The position numbers were made by a program, and so were the translations under genes. DNA of 64,000 bases from Vicinamibacteria bacterium (lineage in GTDB: Bacteria > Acidobacteriota > Vicinamibacteria > Vicinamibacterales > JAENWD01). Below, one piece after another: positions 9,754 through 18,234 of this stretch. Every line of letters begins with the position of its first letter. Position 1 is the stretch's first letter. The stretch is from NCBI GenBank assembly GCA_963832135.1, contig CAWHTD010000026.1:188189-252188 (forward strand). Reading direction: 5' to 3'. The notes under the pieces are model-generated. The model was given only the letters and a program-made list of their open reading frames with translations. It was not told the origin of the DNA and did no database searches.

Positions 9754-10877
9754 ACGTGGGCATCGTCTGTTACGCGTCGGCCGGCGGCAGCGGCATCGTC
9801 GCCACCGAGCTGGCGATCGAACTGGCCGGGCGCGGGCACGACGTGCACGTGCTCAGCACGGAGCTGCCGTTTCGATTCCCCAAGGGTAAGCGCGGGCTGA
9901 CGTTTCACGCGGTCGCGACGCCGGCCTATCCGCTCTTTCGCGAGCCGCAGTACGCGCTCTCGCTGGCGACGGCCATCGTGCAAGTGTCTCGCCGCCACCA
10001 CCTCGACGTCGTTCACGCGCACTATGCCGTGCCGCATGCAGCCGCCGCGTATCTCGCCCGGCAGATCATGGCCGCCCATCCAACGGATCGCGTGCCGAAG
10101 ATCATGACGACGCTGCACGGCACCGACATCACGCTGGTCGGGAGCGACCCGTCGTATTCGGAGACGGTGGCGTTCTGCATCGATCAGTCCGATGGCGTCA
10201 GCGCGGTGTCCGCGAGCCTGCGAGCCGACACCTGCACCGCGCTCGGGGTGTGCCGCGAGATCCTGGTAATCCCCAACTTCCTCGATGTCACGCGCTTCCG
10301 TCGCCTCGACGTGCCGCGGCGCAATCCCGAGCGAAAGCGGCTGGTGCACGTCTCGAACTTCCGACCCGTGAAGCGTATCGGCGCCGTGGTCGAGGTGTTC
10401 CGCCGGGTGCGGGAGCAGCTGCCGGCTACGCTCGTGCTCATCGGGGACGGTCCTGACATGGCTGACGCGCGCGCGCGCCTGACCGCCGCAGGGCTCGAGG
10501 GCGACGTCGAGTACGCCGGCGAGCGGCAGGACGTCGTGAGCTTGTTTGCGACGGCCGACCTGTTTCTGCTGCCCTCGGCGACCGAGAGCTTCGGTCTCGC
10601 GGCGCTCGAAGCCATGGCCTGCGAGGTGCCGGTGATCGCCTCGAGAGTCGGGGGCCTGCCTGAGGTGATCGAGGACGGGGCGACCGGATTCCTGCACGCG
10701 CCCGACGATCTGGACGGAATGGTGGCGAGCGCGATGCGGCTTCTCACCGACGCCGGTTTTCACCGGCGCATCGCCCTCGCCGCGCGCAGGGCCGCCGTCG
10801 AGCGATTTTCAGCCGACCGGATCGTGCCACAGTACGAGCAGGCGTACGAGCAATTGTTGCAAACAGAAACGGTGTAG
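9750..10877 (+). CDS. bshA: N-acetyl-alpha-D-glucosaminyl L-malate synthase BshA-like GT4 glycosyltransferase
   Basis: MNVGIVCYASAGGSGIVATELAIELAGRGHDVHVL... and ESFGLAALEAMACEVPVIASRVGGLPEVI. ATGA overlap with bshB1 at 9750-9753. Confidence 0.8.
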   Translation: MNVGIVCYASAGGSGIVATELAIELAGRGHDVHVLSTELPFRFPKGKRGLTFHAVATPAYPLFREPQYALSLATAIVQVSRRHHLDVVHAHYAVPHAAAAYLARQIMAAHPTDRVPKIMTTLHGTDITLVGSDPSYSETVAFCIDQSDGVSAVSASLRADTCTALGVCREILVIPNFLDVTRFRRLDVPRRNPERKRLVHVSNFRPVKRIGAVVEVFRRVREQLPATLVLIGDGPDMADARARLTAAGLEGDVEYAGERQDVVSLFATADLFLLPSATESFGLAALEAMACEVPVIASRVGGLPEVIEDGATGFLHAPDDLDGMVASAMRLLTDAGFHRRIALAARRAAVERFSADRIVPQYEQAYEQLLQTETV

Positions 10878-10916
10878 CGCCCATCAGGCTTACTTTGGCA
10901 GGATGGTGTTCCGGCA

Positions 10917-11588
10917 ATGAAATTTGCATTCGGCAGCGTAAGTATCGATGCCGATGCGCGCAGCATCTCGAGCGCCGAAGGCTCGGTGCATCTGACGCGA
11001 AAGGCGTTTGACCTGCTGCTGCTCCTCCTCGAGTGTCGGCCCAATGCTGTCTCGAAGGAGCAGATCTACGCTCGATTGTGGCCCGAGACGTTCGTGGCGG
11101 AATCCAGCCTTCAGACGCTGATCCACGAGATCCGGCATGCAATTGACAGCGAAACGCGACAGTCCTGGATCCGGACGGTCCATGGCATCGGCTACAGCTT
11201 TGCCGGAGACGTTGTCGCCAGCGGCACGCCAGCCTCGCCGGCGCAGGTGGAACGCCCGGCCGCGTGGCTGCTCGGGGAATCAACACGTGTGGCGCTCCAC
11301 GCGGGAGAGAACGTCATCGGTCGCGGACTTGAAGGCGTCATCGAGATCGAAGCCCCGACGATCTCGAGACGTCATGCCCGTATCACCATTGGTGAGGCCG
11401 TAACTCTCGAGGATCTCGGTAGCAAGAACGGCACGTGGCTCAGAGACGAGCGGCTGACAGCGCCCCGCGCGCTTGCGGACGGAGACGCGGTGTCGCTGGG
11501 TTCGGCAAAATTTACGTTTCGCCGGGCTCGACAGCCGAAGTCCACTGAATCAACCGACATGCCGCCACACGACGTGACGCCAGAGTAA
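10917..11588 (+). CDS. Transcriptional regulator: N-terminal OmpR/PhoB-type winged helix + C-terminal FHA domain (EmbR-like, no receiver)
   Basis: Trans_reg_C motifs (LTRKAFDLLLLLLE...IRTVHGIGYSF) are followed by an FHA domain (VIGRG...SRRHARI...DLGSKNGTWL). Confidence 0.8.
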   Translation: MKFAFGSVSIDADARSISSAEGSVHLTRKAFDLLLLLLECRPNAVSKEQIYARLWPETFVAESSLQTLIHEIRHAIDSETRQSWIRTVHGIGYSFAGDVVASGTPASPAQVERPAAWLLGESTRVALHAGENVIGRGLEGVIEIEAPTISRRHARITIGEAVTLEDLGSKNGTWLRDERLTAPRALADGDAVSLGSAKFTFRRARQPKSTESTDMPPHDVTPE

Positions 11589-11773
11589 ACGCCGCCCTCA
11601 GCCACTGCTCGCTGGCAGCCTGCCGTTTCGCGAATTCGCGGTCGTTCCAGCACATCTAAGCTAAATCTCAGGTTCGTCTCAGGACCTCCGGCGGACGCAA
11701 CGGACATTCTGCTCCCGGCCCAGAACATGGCCGGGAGGCAGCAGTGCGAGTCGGATGCGCTTCGCCTACATGG

Positions 11774-13687
11774 ATGAACGTCGGCGCCCGCGCCGCGGCG
11801 ATTCTGCTGCTCGGCGTGACCACCTCAGGACCTGCGGCCGCCCAGGTCTTCGACGGCGACTCTCCCGCGATCGCGCTCGGAACGTCGTCGTCGGCAGCGC
11901 CCAGTGCATCGCGCGAATCGCCACTGCCCGCCAATCTCATCGTGCCCGACATCGTCCGGCCGGTCGCGACGTCGATGTGGCGGCAGTCGGCCACATTCCG
12001 TCGGCAATGCGCGCGCCTCGCCGAGCATCCCGACGTCATTGTCCGGTTAAAGCTCGCCAAGGTCGTACAAGACACGAGGGGTGCCCGATCGGCCGTCGAG
12101 CGGCTCGGCGGAGGTCTGAACGCGGCAGTCGAGATCGACTTGCGCAAACCCGAGCTGTATGTCGAGCACATCGCTCACGAGCTCGAGCACGTGCTGGAGC
12201 AGGTGGATGGTATAGACCTCCGCAGGCTGGCACGGCAAGGGCTCAATGGCGTCGTGAATCATGGAGGCACCTTCGAGACGGCCCGCGCACGCGCGGTCGG
12301 GCGGTTAGTCGCCCGAGAGGCGATAGGACCGGTGACACCGACGGCAGGCACTTATCGCACCGCGTACGTGCTCATTGTGTTTGCTGCGATGACACTCGGA
12401 CGAAGTGGCGAGATGAGTGCCGCACGAATCGGTGGCGACGGTGCGCGACTCGCCGCAACTCAACGAATCCGTGCCGACGCGATTGGCACACTCAGGCCGG
12501 CTGCGCTCAGTGATGACGGCCGGCTGATTGCGTTCGCTGCGCGGAACCGCGAGTCATCGCAGAGATACTGCTGCCAGCATGTGTACGTGCTCGATAGATC
12601 GACCGGACTGATCATTCAAGAAAGCATCCGCGCCGACGGCATACAGGGGGATGGCGATAGCCAGTCTCCCAGCCTAAGCGCGGACGGCCGCGTCATCGCC
12701 TTCGAGACCACCGCGTCGAACCTGCTGCCCGGGCAGACGCGCCTCATACGACAAATCGTCATCGTGAGGAACCGTCACAACGGCAATATACAGACACCGC
12801 AAAGTCCGCGCGGCGAGCAGCCAGACGGTGAGAGCCGCGAGCCCGTGGTGAGCGGAAACGGTCTCACGGTCGTCTTCACTTCTGATGCGACCAACCTGGT
12901 GACGGGACCAGACGCGAACAGCCGGCGTACCGACATCTATCTGTGGCGCCTCGATGACTCGACAATCACCCGCATCAGCGTCGACAGCAACGGCGTGCAG
13001 TCGTCGATCGGCGCCAGTCACTCGCCCGGCGTGAGCCGTGACGGCAATCTCGTCGCGTTCGTCTCAACGGCCAGGCTCACTCCACAGGACACCGACGACC
13101 GAAGTGATGTGTACCTGCGAAACGTGCGCCGCGGGCTGACGTCGCTCGTCAGCCGAGACATCGCAGGCAGATCGTTCGACGGCCACAGCCATTCTCCTGC
13201 GCTGAGCACCGACGGTCGCTACGTTGTATTTGTGTCCACCGATGGAATCGCGCCAGGCGATCGCAATACCGAGAGCGATGTGTACCTGTACGACGTGGTA
13301 TCGGGATCGACGACGCTAGTGAGCGTGACCGCGAAAGGAGAGGCGGCCAACGCGGAGAGCCGGCGGCCCGCGATCTCGGCAGATGGACGGTACGTGGTCT
13401 ATCAGTCGGTGGCTTCGAACCTGGGGTCCGGACCCGGATGTCCGCGTCAAGTCTCGGATACGAATCTCCTGCCCGACGTGTATTTGTTGGACCGCACCAC
13501 GCGCTGCGTCACCCGCGTCAGCGGTTCGCCCGCACGGGAATCGTGGACGCCCAGCGTGGCCCCCGCGATCGACGGATCGGGCACCGTAGTGACGTTCTCG
13601 TCGACCGAGCCGGTCAGTGAAGACGACCTGAGCACGGATTTCGATCTCTTCCTCTTCCTGCGAAGCCGCGAGAAGTCGACACACTGA
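11774..13687 (+). CDS. Secreted protein: N-terminal HExxH-containing region + PD40/TolB-like beta-propeller repeats
   Basis: Signal-like MNVGARAAAILLLGVTTSGPAAAQ, then the HIAHELEHVLEQ motif, then at least five S(A/R/T)DGRxVxF...SNL(V/L) repeats. GTG 11744 is an alternative start. Confidence 0.7.
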   Translation: MNVGARAAAILLLGVTTSGPAAAQVFDGDSPAIALGTSSSAAPSASRESPLPANLIVPDIVRPVATSMWRQSATFRRQCARLAEHPDVIVRLKLAKVVQDTRGARSAVERLGGGLNAAVEIDLRKPELYVEHIAHELEHVLEQVDGIDLRRLARQGLNGVVNHGGTFETARARAVGRLVAREAIGPVTPTAGTYRTAYVLIVFAAMTLGRSGEMSAARIGGDGARLAATQRIRADAIGTLRPAALSDDGRLIAFAARNRESSQRYCCQHVYVLDRSTGLIIQESIRADGIQGDGDSQSPSLSADGRVIAFETTASNLLPGQTRLIRQIVIVRNRHNGNIQTPQSPRGEQPDGESREPVVSGNGLTVVFTSDATNLVTGPDANSRRTDIYLWRLDDSTITRISVDSNGVQSSIGASHSPGVSRDGNLVAFVSTARLTPQDTDDRSDVYLRNVRRGLTSLVSRDIAGRSFDGHSHSPALSTDGRYVVFVSTDGIAPGDRNTESDVYLYDVVSGSTTLVSVTAKGEAANAESRRPAISADGRYVVYQSVASNLGSGPGCPRQVSDTNLLPDVYLLDRTTRCVTRVSGSPARESWTPSVAPAIDGSGTVVTFSSTEPVSEDDLSTDFDLFLFLRSREKSTH

Positions 13688-13891
13688 CCAGAGGGCCATG
13701 CCTCTCGCCTTCTTCCGCTGGCGAATGCCTCGCCACTGCCGAGCTGAATCTCGGACGGCCTGGGACGTGGTTAACGGGATTATGGTGGCGACGCGCCGTG
13801 AACGTTGACGGCTGCTGCGTGTCGCGACTGCCCGACTGTCACCTAGCAGCTCGTCGAGGGTTGGCTGCTACAATTCCCGCCTCCGCACAGA

Positions 13892-14379
13892 ATGTCGTAT
13901 CCACCTGGGTCGAGACTCGGGACCTACGAAGTGCTGTCGCCGCTCGGCGCCGGCGGTATGGGTGGCGTGTAGCCCTAAACGGGGGACGGCAGGAGCAGAT
14001 CACTTCCGAGGGCGGCGCCAGGGGATTCGAGTCCCCTGATGGCAAGAGCCTCCTTTACGTGCAAAGACACGACGATCCAGCAACACCGCTGCTGGCCGTG
14101 CCGCTTGCGGGAGGCTCTCCGCGACAGCTCGTTCGGTGCATCCGCCGGTGGTTCTTCGTCGGACCGAAAGGCGTCTACTACAGCCCGTGCAGCAAGGGGG
14201 AGTCGACGGTTCGGCTGCTCGATCTGGCAACGGGTGAGGATAGGCCGATCGCAGCGCTGGTGGATCCCGATTACGCCGATCCTGCGGGCCTTTCGATTTC
14301 GCCGGATGGCACGACCATCCTATACACCAGGCACATCAGGGCAGGCTCAGACCTGATGCTGATCGAGAATTTCAGGTGA
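13892..14379 (+). pseudogene. Remnant of a Ser/Thr kinase-PD40 gene (internal deletion)
   Basis: ATG 13892 encodes MSYPPGSRLGTYEVLSPLGAGGMGGV* (kinase glycine loop) and stops at 13970-13972. Frame 1 then carries only the C-terminal propeller end (...SPDGKSLLYV...ISPDGTTILYTRHIRAGSDLMLIENFR*). Confidence 0.65.
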
Positions 14380-14414
14380 AAAAGCAGGTTCCAGGCGCCA
14401 GGCTCTGGGCTCGT

Positions 14415-17273
14415 TCAGCGATCGACATCCTCCAGCATCCAGATGCTGCCAGTGACGGTCTGCATCTGCAGCACCGCGTGCCGAGGGGAAGTAGCCAAGT
14501 ACGAGTCGTCGATGTAAGGTGAGACCGCCATCTGGGATGAATCGAAGTGCGTCAGCGCGAACGGCTCGCCAATCGGCTGGCCCCGTTCTGGATCGAATCG
14601 CGCACCCCACAGATTGAGATGCGATGTCGATCCCTTCGAGATGAAGAAGACCGTCTTGCCGTCGGATCCCCACCGCGGCTTGTCAGGCCATTCGTGAGTC
14701 GCGGCCATGCGGACCCATTGTTCGGGAGGCGTCCCGGGCCGCGCGACAACCAGTTGCAGTGACGGCTCCACGCCGAGCCGCTGCAAAGTAAAGAGTACCC
14801 AACGGGCATCGGGAGAGAGTGTGGCGCACCAGATCTGCGCGCCGGCCGGTGACGACAGGAGAATGCGTTCCGGCTGTTCCGCTTTGGGATTCGAGGTCGA
14901 CCAGAGAGCAACCGACGTGGGCTGGCTCCCGGATCCAGCCAAGACAAACAGGCCGAGCACCGCGCCGCCGTCACGGGTCCAATCGGTCGGTACGAAGTAG
15001 AATTTGGCACTCCACGGAGTGAGGAATCGCTCCGGGCCTCCCAACTGCCGGTAAGCAATCGCCAGCTCACGAGGTGGTAGGTCTCCGCGCAAATACTTGT
15101 ACGCGACTCTCGTTCCATCTCGCGACCAGATGGGACCCTGGGCGTTGGTGGCCAGCAGTTCACGTGCCGTTCCGTCGATATTCATCACCCACAACTCTGA
15201 CCGACCTATCCCCGGACGCGAGAGCACATATGCCAGCTTCGAGCCGTCGGGCGACAAAGATGGCATCGAGGCCACGGCGCCCTCTTCCGTCAGGGGTCTC
15301 CCTTCGCCGACGACCCGAGGAGGATTCGCCGCCATATCGAGGGGAAACGCCAGCATGCGAGACGCCTCGTTCTGCTTGCTGAACGCAATGCGTGTCCCGT
15401 CGCGCGACAGGGTTGGCGCCACATCGCGTCCCTCGGGCGTCGTGAGCCGTTCCGCTGAGAGCCAGTCGAGCGTCGTGGGATCGACCCTTACCCGCCAGAG
15501 GCTGTGGGTCTCCTGCGCGGCCGCTTCGAAGTACAACATGGTGCCAGCCGCGTTCCATTGAAACCGGAATGGTATCGCGCCAGGATCGGCCCCCAACGGC
15601 ACTCTCTTCGAGGTGGTCACCTGACCGCCAGCCCTCGAGAGTGTGAAGAATCCGCGCCCGCGCGTGGGGTGCCGGCCAATGATGGAGATGCGGCCATCCG
15701 GATGACTCGCCGCCCAATCCCAATATCCGTCGCGGAGAAAGTCCCGGAGAATCTCGCGCGGGGGCTCACCGTCGAGAGACACGGTATGGAGCCTCAGGTA
15801 ATTGCCCACCCTGCGATAGAACGCAAACCGACCCACAAAAAACAGGATCTCCGACCCATCGCCGGCCCAGGTCGGATCAGAGCCGAACGACGTCAGTTGT
15901 CGCTCGGCTCCCCCGAATGCAGGCACCAGGAACAGACCGCCGCCACCGCGGTCGGACCGAAAGACCAGCGTCGTGCCATCCGGCGACCACGCAGGCTGCG
16001 TGTCATCGGCGGGCGATTTCGTCACGTGCACGGGCTCGCTGTTCCCCGAAAGCGCCTGCACCCATATGTCGAAGTTGCCAGTTCGATCGGAGGCATACGC
16101 GATGAACTTGCCGTCGGGTGAGAACGCCGGGTCCGTCTGCAGCCCCGCGCCGGACGTGACTCGTGTGTAGGGATAGTTCTGCCGACCGGCCGATTCAGCG
16201 ATCGGCCCCGCCCGAGGACTGGCCGCCAGCCACGCCCACCAAGCGGCACCAGTCAGCGCTACCAGCAGCGTCGCCGCTGCACCGATGGTCACGAGCTTGG
16301 GCGAACGCAGACGGCCCGCAATGTACTCGGCGCTCGAGACCGGCCGCGTCACATCCTCAGTGGATGACGCGATCGAACCCTCCGCGGATGCGCGGCTCCG
16401 GTCGGTCGACACGAGCTCGTCGCGGAGCGCCTCGAGATCCAGCTGCAGGTCCTTCATCACCTGATACCGCTGCTCAGGATCCTTGCGCAGCGCTTTGCCG
16501 ACGATGCGCTGGAGCTCGGCGGGGACCTGCGGATTGAAGCGCGGGAGCGGCGCCGGCTCGCGATCCAGAATCGCGACCAAAACGTCGCTGCGGCTCGTCC
16601 CGGTAAACGGGGCCCGGCCTGCCACCATCTCGTAGAGCACGACGCCGAGCGACCAGACATCCGTGCGGGCGTCCAGGTCGTAACCGCGCGCCTGCTCCGG
16701 CGACATGTAGTCGAGGGTGCCGACCAATGATCCTGGTTCGGTCGCCCGTACGGTTTGCGTGGGTCCCTGCGGCTCGAACACCATCGCCGACGGCACGAGC
16801 TTCGCCAGGCCGAAGTCGAGCACCTTGACCAGCCGATCCCGGCGGATCATCACATTGTCGGGTTTGATATCGCGATGCACGATGCCCGCGGCATGTGCGG
16901 CCGTGAGGGCGGCCGCCAATTGGATACCGATGTCGAGTGCCTCTCGCAGCGTCAGGCGAGTCCCGTTCAGACGCTGCCCCAGCGTTTCGCCGTCCACGTG
17001 CTCCATCACGATGTAGCGCTGGCGGTCGACCGTTTCGCCGAGGTGGTAGATGTGGCAAATGTTCGGATGACTCAGCGCCGAGGCCGCGCGTGCTTCCCGC
17101 TCGAACCGCGCCAGGCGATGGGGTTCCGAGCTCACCTCTGGACGAAGCACTTTCACCGCGACGCTGCGATTCAGTTGCCGATCAAGCGCGAGATACACCT
17201 CCCCCATGCCGCCCGCGCCAAGCAGGTGAACAATCTCGAAACTGCCGAGCTGAGTGCCGCCAGACAAGGACAT
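14415..17273 (-). CDS. Ser/Thr protein kinase with TM segment and C-terminal TolB/PD40 beta-propeller
   Basis: MSLSGGTQLGSFEIVHLLGAGGMGEVYLA, HRDIKPDNVMI, DFGLAK, GTLDYMSPEQ, then repeated SPDG...AY(A/V)S propeller blades. Start at 17273 within the longer ORF. Confidence 0.9.
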   Translation of the reverse strand: MSLSGGTQLGSFEIVHLLGAGGMGEVYLALDRQLNRSVAVKVLRPEVSSEPHRLARFEREARAASALSHPNICHIYHLGETVDRQRYIVMEHVDGETLGQRLNGTRLTLREALDIGIQLAAALTAAHAAGIVHRDIKPDNVMIRRDRLVKVLDFGLAKLVPSAMVFEPQGPTQTVRATEPGSLVGTLDYMSPEQARGYDLDARTDVWSLGVVLYEMVAGRAPFTGTSRSDVLVAILDREPAPLPRFNPQVPAELQRIVGKALRKDPEQRYQVMKDLQLDLEALRDELVSTDRSRASAEGSIASSTEDVTRPVSSAEYIAGRLRSPKLVTIGAAATLLVALTGAAWWAWLAASPRAGPIAESAGRQNYPYTRVTSGAGLQTDPAFSPDGKFIAYASDRTGNFDIWVQALSGNSEPVHVTKSPADDTQPAWSPDGTTLVFRSDRGGGGLFLVPAFGGAERQLTSFGSDPTWAGDGSEILFFVGRFAFYRRVGNYLRLHTVSLDGEPPREILRDFLRDGYWDWAASHPDGRISIIGRHPTRGRGFFTLSRAGGQVTTSKRVPLGADPGAIPFRFQWNAAGTMLYFEAAAQETHSLWRVRVDPTTLDWLSAERLTTPEGRDVAPTLSRDGTRIAFSKQNEASRMLAFPLDMAANPPRVVGEGRPLTEEGAVASMPSLSPDGSKLAYVLSRPGIGRSELWVMNIDGTARELLATNAQGPIWSRDGTRVAYKYLRGDLPPRELAIAYRQLGGPERFLTPWSAKFYFVPTDWTRDGGAVLGLFVLAGSGSQPTSVALWSTSNPKAEQPERILLSSPAGAQIWCATLSPDARWVLFTLQRLGVEPSLQLVVARPGTPPEQWVRMAATHEWPDKPRWGSDGKTVFFISKGSTSHLNLWGARFDPERGQPIGEPFALTHFDSSQMAVSPYIDDSYLATSPRHAVLQMQTVTGSIWMLEDVDR

Positions 17274-17286
17274 GGATCTCGGGCGG

Positions 17287-17292
17287 ATTATA
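17287..17292 (-). promoter_or_regulatory. Candidate -10 box (TATAAT) for the kinase gene
   Basis: The minus strand reads tcatccTATAATccgcccgagatccATG, with 13 nt between the box and the ATG. Confidence 0.35.
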
Positions 17293-17356
17293 GGATGACG
17301 GAACGGTCCCGGCGAACGTGTCGACGAGCGCGTCAGCCTTGGCTGGCTGACCCGCG

Positions 17357-18022
17357 CTATTCCACGTTTTCGCCGCGCGCGAGGAAGAACGACAAGCTCT
17401 CCAGCGACTGCGTCAGATCCACGCTCTTCAATTTCACATCCGGGGGGACCGTCAGGGGACCGGGCGAGAAGTTGAGGACCGCTTTCACTCCCGCCGCGAT
17501 GACCTGATTGACGACCGGCTGTGCCGCCGACGCAGGTACCGCGATGACCGCAATACTGATCCGCTCGTGCTTGACCACGCGTTTGAGCTGCCGGACGTCG
17601 AAGATGGCCACGCCGCCGCGGGAGATGTGCCCCACCTTTTCGTTCAACACGTCGAAGAGGGCGACGATTTCGAACCCTTCCTGGCGGAACCCGGGATAGT
17701 CCGCCAACGCGAGCCCGAGATTGCCTGCTCCCATGATGGCAACGCGCAGCTTGCGATCGAGTCCAAGGATCTGGCGTACGTGGCGTCGCAGGTCTTTCAC
17801 GAAATACCCGACCCCTCGCACGCCGAACTCGCCGAAGTTGGCCAGGTCTTTCCGGATCTGCGCTGCATTCAGGTGGAACTGTTCGGCGAGCCCCTGCGAC
17901 GAGATACTCTGGACGCCCGCCGCGTCGAGCTCCGTCAGGCAGCGCAGATAGATCGACAAGCGATTGGTGGTGAGCTCCGAGACCTGTTCCGGCGGAGGGC
18001 GCGATTTGTTCGGTGTTTTCAC
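17357..18022 (-). CDS. rex: Redox-sensing transcriptional repressor Rex
   Basis: RLSIYLRCL...ISSQGLAEQFHLNAAQIRKDLANFGEFGVRGVGY followed by a Rossmann motif (AIMGAGNLG). GTG start. Confidence 0.9.
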   Translation of the reverse strand: MKTPNKSRPPPEQVSELTTNRLSIYLRCLTELDAAGVQSISSQGLAEQFHLNAAQIRKDLANFGEFGVRGVGYFVKDLRRHVRQILGLDRKLRVAIMGAGNLGLALADYPGFRQEGFEIVALFDVLNEKVGHISRGGVAIFDVRQLKRVVKHERISIAVIAVPASAAQPVVNQVIAAGVKAVLNFSPGPLTVPPDVKLKSVDLTQSLESLSFFLARGENVE

Positions 18023-18083
18023 AAGACCTGCGCCGATTGTACGAACCCGTTCCGAGAAACGTCAAGGAAAGTTCAGTAGTAAC

Positions 18084-18185
18084 GCAGTGCCGCCGTCCTG
18101 CAGTGCCGCCGTCCTGCAGTGCCGCCGTCCTGCAGTGCCGCCGTCCTGCAGTGCCGCCGTCCTGCAGTGCCGCCGTCCTGCAGTG
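18084..18185. repeat. Perfect 16 bp tandem repeat, about 6.4 copies (GCAGTGCCGCCGTCCT)
   Basis: Unit starts at 18084, 18100, 18116, 18132, 18148 and 18164, plus a partial copy. It lies in the rex/OPT divergent intergenic region. Confidence 0.95.
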
Positions 18186-18220
18186 ATGAAGTGCCGCGGG
18201 TGTGCAGTGCTGCAGTTTGC

Positions 18221-18226
18221 TAGAAT
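18221..18226 (+). promoter_or_regulatory. Candidate -10 box (TAGAAT) 8 nt upstream of the OPT start codon (possible leaderless mRNA)
   Basis: gtttgcTAGAATccgcgcttATG. There is no SD between the box and ATG 18235. Confidence 0.35.
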
Positions 18227-18234
18227 CCGCGCTT

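Noticed and set aside
11659-11685. Shared motif AGCT(A/G)AATCTC(A/G)G upstream of the PD40 gene (11659) and the kinase remnant (13742)
   Set aside because: Only an 11/13 core matches. The flanks are not collinear, and the distances to the start codons differ. This could be chance.
13798-13891. N-terminal part of ORF 13798..14379 as a genuine protein start
   Set aside because: The first ~60 codons (MNVDGCCVSRLPDCHLAARRG...) have no homology-like features and overlap the kinase G-loop fragment in another frame. Only the C-terminal propeller part looks genuine.
18003-18030. Rex operator-like sequence TTGTTCGGTGTTTTCACAA at the rex start
   Set aside because: Only one half-site (TTCACAA) matches the TTGTGAA-N4-TTCACAA-type consensus. 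The spacing is off by one, and it overlaps the coding start.
18084-18185. Possible CRISPR arrays (the 16 bp repeat here and the 106 bp array at 32207-32672)
   Set aside because: The units are directly adjacent with no unique spacers. The unit sizes are wrong for CRISPR, and no cas genes are in the window.
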